Shown here piece after piece: positions 57,482 to 64,000 of a DNA stretch of 64,000 nt; the first letter of the stretch is position 1, and each line of letters starts with the position of its first letter. Made by a program: the position numbers and the translations under genes. Under the pieces are notes generated by a model. It searched no databases. It saw only the letters and a list, made by a program, of their open reading frames with translations, and was not told the origin of the DNA. The DNA is from an uncultured Chitinophagales bacterium (GTDB lineage Bacteria > Bacteroidota > Bacteroidia > Chitinophagales > JADIYW01): NCBI GenBank assembly GCA_964490845.1, contig CAZBED010000001.1, positions 486,650 to 550,649 on the forward strand, given 5' to 3'.

Positions 57482-58822
57482 TTATTTCTCCACAATGGCA
57501 TAAATCGCATTCATAATCTTCTCGAGATTGGCCGGATAGCCTACCCAGTTTTTTTCTGATTTCGGAGCAAACAAGGCTATATCCACTTTATTCTTACGTT
57601 GTCCTACTGTTACGGAGATATCCATGGGGACCGGCTGCGGCGATTTAACGAAACGTGCGTTGCAGGCAGCATCATTGTCGGCACAATCATATTCTTCCTT
57701 GAAATCGAAGAAATCCATATCTACAATATACTGGGCAAGTTTGGTCAACTCATCGCGTGAAATCTTTTTTTCCATACGTTGAACCCCTTCATTTTTGGTT
57801 TTATATTCGCGTTGTACGACACCGGTATGCAAAATGGAAATACGGTCATATATTTTTGAATCATTAGTCACCAGCGTACCGCCTCCGTTGACATAAATAT
57901 CAATGTAATCCCCCGGGTTAATCACCACCGGCACTTTTATATTCAGGGATTTCATGATACTGTCCAGTTTTCTCTTATTTGCCAGATGCAAAGAATCCGC
58001 CTCCTTGTTGTATTGCGCGTAGGTTTCTTTAATGAAAGCATCGTCTTTGCCTATATTGGTGTTATTGGGCTTCCTGTTAACCGGGATTTCATCCTCTATC
58101 TGTGCTTTTGATTTAGGCATCGGTTCGTCACGTCGGTTATAACTGGCATTTTTATTAATTACCGGAGACGTTTCAAAACTGAACTCCCGCAGTTTTTTGG
58201 TGGTATCTATGTTGTATTTTTTTGAAGGTTCCGAAACCACGGATGCGGGTGCCTCATTTATTTTCTTTCCCTTTATAATCGGCTGGGTGGAAAAATCTTC
58301 TGTCTTTGTAGACGGCTTAACTTCTTCCTTCTTTTTTACGGGTTCTTTTACTTTTGTTTCCGGAGCGGGTGGAATTACTTTTGATTTAACATCCTCCTTC
58401 ACCTTTGTTATGTCTTTTATCTTGACCGTATCTTTTGTTGTTTTGGTAATAGCGGCCGGAATGGCCTCTTTAGGTGTACCTGCTTCTTCTTTGGTTTTGT
58501 TTGTGGTTTTATTACTATAGGTAGCTCCTTTTACGACCGGCTTAGTCGAAAATATCTCCAAGTTGGTTGTATCAATTTTTTTGGCATTAGGGTTCAGGTT
58601 TTTTTCTTTGATGTCTATTGATTTTATTTTTTCTTTTTCCAGTGCGTTCAAATCCTTGGTGACATTACCGGTCTTACCGTTACCCTGTGCCGTTTTTTCC
58701 CATAATGCATCAAATTCCTTTACCGAACTTGGGTTTTGCGCATTCACATTCGCAAAAAAGAACATCAAAACCAAGAGGGAGTTTATCGTTAAAAATAACT
58801 TTTTCATGATAACCGTTTTCAT
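57482..58822 (-). CDS. hypothetical secreted protein with a Lys/Thr/Glu/Pro-rich region
   Basis: Signal peptide. Low-complexity central region with a recurring FST-P--KG motif. A C-terminal globular domain of about 150 aa. Starts 8 nt after pcm. Confidence 0.7.
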   Translation of the reverse strand: MKTVIMKKLFLTINSLLVLMFFFANVNAQNPSSVKEFDALWEKTAQGNGKTGNVTKDLNALEKEKIKSIDIKEKNLNPNAKKIDTTNLEIFSTKPVVKGATYSNKTTNKTKEEAGTPKEAIPAAITKTTKDTVKIKDITKVKEDVKSKVIPPAPETKVKEPVKKKEEVKPSTKTEDFSTQPIIKGKKINEAPASVVSEPSKKYNIDTTKKLREFSFETSPVINKNASYNRRDEPMPKSKAQIEDEIPVNRKPNNTNIGKDDAFIKETYAQYNKEADSLHLANKRKLDSIMKSLNIKVPVVINPGDYIDIYVNGGGTLVTNDSKIYDRISILHTGVVQREYKTKNEGVQRMEKKISRDELTKLAQYIVDMDFFDFKEEYDCADNDAACNARFVKSPQPVPMDISVTVGQRKNKVDIALFAPKSEKNWVGYPANLEKIMNAIYAIVEK

Positions 58823-58830
58823 TTTAAATA

Positions 58831-59478
58831 TTAGTCTTCAATACCTTTTAACATCGGTACAAAAGTAAAATAATCAAACGTTTCTTTTTCAAATTCATTA
58901 TTATCCAATCGTTTAATCCTTATCATTTGTTGTGTATCCCCCTCACCGAACGGAATTACCATAAGTCCGCCAATTTTCAACTGTTTCAGAAGTTCTTTCG
59001 GAATTTCAGGAGCAGCTGCGGTAATCAGGATTTTATCAAAAGGTGCTTCAGCCGGCAACCCTTTAAACCCATCGCCAAAATAAGTTTTCACCTTACCATA
59101 CCCCAAACCCTCCAGCAATTTCTTCGCTTTCAGGGATAACGGCTGATGCCGTTCAATAGTATATACCTGCATACCCAATTCTGCCAATACCGCCGCCTGA
59201 TAACCTGAACCGGTTCCAATTTCCAGTACCTTGTCTTCTTTTTGGAGTTCTAAAAGTTCTGTCTGATAGGCTACCGTAAACGGATTGGAAATGGTTTGTC
59301 CGCGGCCGATTGGAAATGGTTTATTTTCATAAGCATCATGTTCAAATGTATGCTCCACAAAGAAATGCCTTGGAATCTTCTCAATAGCCTTTAATACAGG
59401 CTCGTTCTTTATCCCTAAATTCCGCAACTCACCGACTAATCGTTTCCTTAATCCCTGATGTCTGTATGTATCCTGCAT
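58831..59478 (-). CDS. pcm: protein-L-isoaspartate O-methyltransferase
   Basis: VLEIGTGSGYQAAVLA and the family-typical N-terminus. Confidence 0.95.
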   Translation of the reverse strand: MQDTYRHQGLRKRLVGELRNLGIKNEPVLKAIEKIPRHFFVEHTFEHDAYENKPFPIGRGQTISNPFTVAYQTELLELQKEDKVLEIGTGSGYQAAVLAELGMQVYTIERHQPLSLKAKKLLEGLGYGKVKTYFGDGFKGLPAEAPFDKILITAAAPEIPKELLKQLKIGGLMVIPFGEGDTQQMIRIKRLDNNEFEKETFDYFTFVPMLKGIED

Positions 59479-59669
59479 AGCACAAAAATAGGTGCAAACA
59501 GAGTATTTAGAAAATAAATTCTATGCTAAAATGTTAATAACATTCCAGCTCTCAAAATACAGATTAACGATACCCTCTGAGTATAGACGGGCATCATGCC
59601 TGTTAAAAAAATTGGTTTGTTGTAATAAAAGTTATCTTTCCGCAACTAACTTGTGTAATTCTTTAAACT

Positions 59670-62099
59670 ATGAGAAATCTTTTAGTCCTTTTTTTATGCG
59701 TTATCATGCTTTCGTCTGTTGCAGGCAATGCTATCAAAGGAACGATAGCGGATGAAAACAAGCGCCCGGTAGAGTTCGCCAATATCCTCCTGCACCAGCA
59801 TGGCAATACGGATTTTCTGAATGGCGCAACAAGCGACAGCCTCGGACAATTTTCACTGGATGCCCTCAAGGATGGTAATTACTTTTTAGAAGTAGTCTAT
59901 GTTGGGTACAAGACGGATACGATAACGGATATCCAGCTTGAAAACAATGCCATAAAAGATGTAGGGGAAATCGCCTTAAAACTGGAAGAAAACACACTGA
60001 AAGGAGTGGAAATTTCCGCATCAAGGCCCACTATAGAACGTAAAGCGGACAGGATAGTATACAATGTAGAAAACAGCGCGAAATCGAGCGGCGAAAATGT
60101 GCTGGATTTATTACGTTCTGTTCCCTGCGTTACGGTAAACGGCAATGACCAGATACGCATCAACGGGAAAAGTGATGTTCAGGTAATCATTAACGGAAAA
60201 GTGGAAGTATTAAATACAGAGCAACTGGCAAACCTGTTAAAATCCATTCAAAGTTCAAACGTCAAAAAAATTGATGTAGTGAGCAATCCGTCCGCCCGTT
60301 ACGATGCGGAATCAAAAGGCGGCGTACTGGAAATTCAGCTAAAATCGAGCCTGCAGACCGGTATGAACGGGTCTGTATATGCTAATTACCGCCAAAATGA
60401 ATTTGCAAGTACTGAAATGGGTTTCAACATCAATGTGAATCACAAAAAATGGACATTAAGTACCAATTATAATTTCGGTTACAACAACAATTATCAGAAA
60501 AACACTTTTAAACGTGATTTCACAAGCGACAGCTCCATCATTCGTTTTGATGAAAAAAGTTATGATAGAAATAAATTTATCAATCACTACGCCAACCTGA
60601 GCTTAAAATACAATATCAATGATAAAAACACGATTGGTATTGGCGGCGAAATATTTCAATTTCATAATCCTCATACCGCCAATTCTCTTTTAAATGTATT
60701 CAACAATATTTCGATAAGTGAAAATCTGAATTCTATTCAGAAAACAATTAATACCTCTTACGGCAAAGGCATTAACCCTTCCGCCAATTTTAATTTCAGA
60801 AGTGTACTGGATAGTATGGGCAGTACGCTGGAACTAACGTATGATTATACCTATTCATATTTATATACCAACAGCCATTTAGACATGGGATTCTATGATT
60901 CTACCGATTCAGAGAAGCCCATTCCACATGCCGATTTTATTCAAGACAACCCGTACATTGTTAATTTGCATACCGCCCGATTGAACTACAACAAACCGTT
61001 GAAAAAAGAACACAGTATTGAGTTGGGTGTAAAATTTACATGGACAACAACTACCAATGACATACAATTTAAAAATCTGTCAGGTACAGAGTATGTGTTT
61101 GACAGCACCAAATCCAACAAATTTCAGTACATAGAAAATATTAATGCGCTATTTTCCACCTGGAGCAAAAACTGGAAAAAAGGCTGGAGCACCAATTTAG
61201 GACTGCGAATAGAACAGACCAATACCAATCAGCGATCTTACACGTTAAACAAAATAACCAAAAGGCACTACGTTGACTTCTTTCCGAGTGTATTTATTCA
61301 GAAAAACATAAAGGACAAACACAGTATCAATTTAAATTTCAGCAGAAAAATCAACCGTCCTGATTTCAATGACTTAAATCCTTTTCAGTTTTATCTGAGT
61401 CCGTATTCCATCTGGACCGGAAATGAAAACCTGAGGCCGCAGTATGCTAATATTACTGAATTCACCTACACTTACAAAAATGCCTACAGCTTTTTCATTG
61501 GCCATGAAAACCTGAATAACAACTACACCCATCTGATATTTCAGGATGACAGCACAAAAATTTCCACCTACAGGGCGTCGAATTTTAAAGTACGTAATAA
61601 TCTGAATATAGGTGTCAATATCAATAAGGAGTTATTTAAGTGGTGGACCATTTCCTATTCCGCGCAATACACCTTTTTTAAATACAATTCCATTGTCAAC
61701 AACTCCCCGTTTATCGTCACCTCTCATAAATTCAATATTTCACTGGATAATACATTTATTTTACCTAAAGATTTTACGATAAATGTATTTGGGTTTTACA
61801 CTTCGCCGCACTACGATGCAACTGATATTATGCAAAGCGATGGCATGTTGAATATATCCGTTTCCAAGGCATTTTTTGACAAAAAGCTTCGTATCCGGTT
61901 AGCAGGCAATGATATCTTAGGCACTAAAAACATGTCTTACACGACTAACTTTTTTAATGTTAATTCCAAAACCACTAACCGATGGAGCTCCCGATTCTTC
62001 AGTTTAAGCGTCACCTATAATTTCCAGAAAGGGAAAAAGTTCCAGAATACCCGAATAAACAAGAGCAACGAAGAAGAAAAGAGCAGAATCGGCGGTTAA
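59670..62099 (+). CDS. outer-membrane beta-barrel family protein (carboxypeptidase-regulatory-like N-domain, TonB-dependent-receptor-like)
   Basis: IKGTIADENKRPVEFANILL (CarbopepD_reg-like), then a plug-like region and a long alternating beta-barrel region. 809 aa. Confidence 0.85.
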   Translation: MRNLLVLFLCVIMLSSVAGNAIKGTIADENKRPVEFANILLHQHGNTDFLNGATSDSLGQFSLDALKDGNYFLEVVYVGYKTDTITDIQLENNAIKDVGEIALKLEENTLKGVEISASRPTIERKADRIVYNVENSAKSSGENVLDLLRSVPCVTVNGNDQIRINGKSDVQVIINGKVEVLNTEQLANLLKSIQSSNVKKIDVVSNPSARYDAESKGGVLEIQLKSSLQTGMNGSVYANYRQNEFASTEMGFNINVNHKKWTLSTNYNFGYNNNYQKNTFKRDFTSDSSIIRFDEKSYDRNKFINHYANLSLKYNINDKNTIGIGGEIFQFHNPHTANSLLNVFNNISISENLNSIQKTINTSYGKGINPSANFNFRSVLDSMGSTLELTYDYTYSYLYTNSHLDMGFYDSTDSEKPIPHADFIQDNPYIVNLHTARLNYNKPLKKEHSIELGVKFTWTTTTNDIQFKNLSGTEYVFDSTKSNKFQYIENINALFSTWSKNWKKGWSTNLGLRIEQTNTNQRSYTLNKITKRHYVDFFPSVFIQKNIKDKHSINLNFSRKINRPDFNDLNPFQFYLSPYSIWTGNENLRPQYANITEFTYTYKNAYSFFIGHENLNNNYTHLIFQDDSTKISTYRASNFKVRNNLNIGVNINKELFKWWTISYSAQYTFFKYNSIVNNSPFIVTSHKFNISLDNTFILPKDFTINVFGFYTSPHYDATDIMQSDGMLNISVSKAFFDKKLRIRLAGNDILGTKNMSYTTNFFNVNSKTTNRWSSRFFSLSVTYNFQKGKKFQNTRINKSNEEEKSRIGG

Positions 62100-62203
62100 A
62101 AATTTTAATGAAAAATCAGACGCTTTTAAAGTGCACAGATTCATCACAAAACGGCTGACTTAAATTTATTTTTGTATTTTTAAAGCCTTAATTCACTTTA
62201 GAA

Positions 62204-63607
62204 ATGCAGATAAAATTCGGAACCGACGGCTGGAGAGCCATCATTGCACAGGAATTCACAACAGACAACGTAGCGCGGGTAGCTGAGGCAACCGCCCTTT
62301 GGGTAAAATCCCTCTCAGCACAACCAACCATCGTCATCGGCCACGACTGCCGGTTTGGCGGGCCGCTTTTTACAGAAACGACCATTAAGGTATTGTGCCA
62401 TCACGGCGTAAAGGTTTATGCGCATAAAGGTATCTGCTCTACTCCTATGGTATCATTAGGATGTGTAAAATTAAAGGCTGAAGCCGGTGTGGTGATTACT
62501 GCTTCTCACAATCCGCCATCCTACAACGGATTCAAACTGAAATCTCACTTCGGCGGCCCTACCACCCCCGCTGATATAGCCAAAGTTGAAGCACTGATAC
62601 CTGAACAGACACTCATTCCTTCCGCTTCTCTGGAAGACTATATTCAATCCGGAAAGCTGGAATATGTGGATTTGGAAACCCTGTATTTTAACCATGTGGA
62701 AGCTTCCTTTGATATGAAAGCTATTCGTGAGTGCGGTATGATATTCGGATATGATGCCATGTATGGGGCGGGCCAGAAAATTGTCCGTCGCCTGCTGCCG
62801 GATAATTTAGTATATCTGCATTGTGATGAGAATCCCGGATTTAAAGGACAGGCGCCGGAACCGTTGCACAAAAATTTACTGGAATTTTCCGCACTGATTA
62901 AAAACTCCACGGATATTGAATTTGGATTTGCCAACGACGGAGATGCCGACAGAATCGGTTGTTATGACAATGAAGGTAACTTCATTGATTCGCATCATGT
63001 CATCCTGTTGCTGATTCACTATCTGCACAAATACAAAGGCCTGAGCGGTAAAGTAGCCATTTCATTTACCGTTTCCAACAAGATAAAAAAGATGTGTGAA
63101 GTATACGGATTGCCTTGCGATGTAACACCTGTTGGTTTTAAATATGTATGCGAAATTATGGTTAATGAAAAAGTGCTAGTCGGTGGAGAGGAAAGCGGCG
63201 GTATCGCGATAACCGGCCATATTCCGGAACGTGACGGTGTATGGATGGCGCTGGTGCTGATGGAATTTATGGCGAAAACAGGAAAATCCATCAAGGAGCT
63301 GATACAGGAAGTATATGAGGTGGTTGGCGAATTTGACTACGACCGCTACGACCTGCACATCTCTGAAGCATTGAAACAACAGGTCATTGCCAATTGCAAA
63401 AATGAAGTGTACAAGAATTTCGGCAAATATACGATTGAGCGTACAGAAGATACGGACGGCTGGAAATATTTCCTGCCAAATGAAGCCTGGATGATGATAC
63501 GCGCCAGCGGGACAGAACCTGTACTTCGTGTTTATGCCGAAGCTAAAGACAGAGCGGCTGTCATTGATATTCTGGAAACGGTAAAAGCCGCCCTGCTAAA
63601 CCAATAA
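62204..63607 (+). CDS. phosphoglucomutase/phosphomannomutase family protein
   Basis: TASHNPPSYNGFK (phosphoserine loop), GFANDGDADR (Mg site) and GGEESGG. Confidence 0.95.
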   Translation: MQIKFGTDGWRAIIAQEFTTDNVARVAEATALWVKSLSAQPTIVIGHDCRFGGPLFTETTIKVLCHHGVKVYAHKGICSTPMVSLGCVKLKAEAGVVITASHNPPSYNGFKLKSHFGGPTTPADIAKVEALIPEQTLIPSASLEDYIQSGKLEYVDLETLYFNHVEASFDMKAIRECGMIFGYDAMYGAGQKIVRRLLPDNLVYLHCDENPGFKGQAPEPLHKNLLEFSALIKNSTDIEFGFANDGDADRIGCYDNEGNFIDSHHVILLLIHYLHKYKGLSGKVAISFTVSNKIKKMCEVYGLPCDVTPVGFKYVCEIMVNEKVLVGGEESGGIAITGHIPERDGVWMALVLMEFMAKTGKSIKELIQEVYEVVGEFDYDRYDLHISEALKQQVIANCKNEVYKNFGKYTIERTEDTDGWKYFLPNEAWMMIRASGTEPVLRVYAEAKDRAAVIDILETVKAALLNQ

Positions 63608-63609
63608 AT

Positions 63610-64000
63610 ATGAGAAACAAAAAACACTTTACCGATACGCATTCGTTGCTGACGAACTGTATTTGTAAGCGTGTTGCCCTGATTCTCTTTATCCTTATCG
63701 TTTCTCCTGCTTTCTGTACGGGAATGCCTTCCAACAGTAAAAAACAGAAAGCTGCACTTCCGGCTATTCACGCTCCTTATACAACGGTGAAGGATTCTGT
63801 GTGGACTAATCATAACTGGGAAATCCATAACGATACTGTCTTTACCAATCAGTACGAAATCAAAAAGATAATCACCTCTTACGACCTGATTCCGGACACC
63901 ATCCGGCAAAATGAGAATGTCTATTCCATCAGGTATGATACCGTCTTTCATTACGATTATATCGCTAAAGACCCGGCCTATAACTATACTGGTAAAATAA
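63610..64000 (+). CDS. hypothetical exported protein, 3' end cut by window edge
   Basis: The ATG lies 2 nt after the PGM stop and the frame is open to the window end. MRNKKHFTDTHSLLTNCICKRVALILFILIVSPAFC is signal/lipobox-like. Absent from the ORF track because there is no in-window stop. Confidence 0.55.
   Translation, partial: MRNKKHFTDTHSLLTNCICKRVALILFILIVSPAFCTGMPSNSKKQKAALPAIHAPYTTVKDSVWTNHNWEIHNDTVFTNQYEIKKIITSYDLIPDTIRQNENVYSIRYDTVFHYDYIAKDPAYNYTGKI

Noticed and set aside
59479-59669. Possible riboswitch upstream of the TonB-dependent-like outer-membrane gene
   Set aside because: No cobalamin B12-box, TPP or other conserved core is recognisable. Only a 5-bp GGCAT/ATGCC stem is present.
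63532-63951. 139-aa minus-strand ORF
   Set aside because: It overlaps the PGM 3' end and is antisense to the plus-strand frame that starts 2 nt after the PGM stop. The plus-strand frame has a signal-peptide-like N-terminus and operon-like spacing.
1-64000. Search for tRNA, rRNA, tmRNA, CRISPR arrays, IS elements, integrases, and prophage or conjugation genes
   Set aside because: No candidate found. Apart from one 412-bp gap, all intergenic regions are about 250 bp or shorter. None shows a tRNA-like T-arm, spaced direct repeats or a transposase-like ORF.

Overview
Gene-dense 64-kb chromosomal segment with about 49 protein-coding genes. I found no rRNA, tRNA, CRISPR array, transposase or integrase. 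It most likely comes from a Bacteroidota bacterium. The evidence is three proteins ending in T9SS type-A C-terminal sorting domains, a PorW/SprE-like TPR lipoprotein, Bacteroidetes-style -33 TTTG / -7 TAnnTTTG promoter boxes, and A/T-rich leaders without Shine-Dalgarno sequences. Most genes are housekeeping: secA, purD, queA, gltX, glnS, pcm, PBP1A, an aspartate-type aminotransferase, TatD, phosphoglucomutase, YjbQ, an M13 peptidase and an NlpC/P60 peptidase. Two long reading frames run off the window edges and are missing from the supplied ORF track: 1..2857 (minus strand) and 63610..64000 (plus strand). The items most worth a second look are listed here in rough order of interest. (1) A bacterial homologue of the eukaryotic ER 3-hydroxyacyl-CoA dehydratase (PTPLA/HACD/Phs1) sits in an apparent operon with a FabG4-like two-domain ketoacyl reductase, next to a divergent MarR and a VLCAD-like acyl-CoA dehydrogenase. 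(2) A single polypeptide fuses acetate kinase to a PduL-type phosphotransacylase. (3) A complete AbiEi/AbiEii module is wedged into the lipid-gene neighbourhood, with a duplicated inverted-repeat operator candidate upstream. (4) Two tandem paralogous putative outer-membrane proteins of unknown family lie upstream of a T9SS-exported esterase. (5) A cell-envelope neighbourhood contains porW/sprE-like translationally coupled to PBP1A. Divergent from it is a catalytically degenerate LytM protein, then bactofilin, then an AtpZ/AtpI-like pair with no atp operon. (6) A stand-alone HIRAN protein has a decayed Tat-like N-terminus, and there is a triple zinc-ribbon protein of unknown function. I see no obvious multi-gene defence or mobile island beyond AbiE. 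All functional calls rest on motif recognition by eye, and no searches were run.
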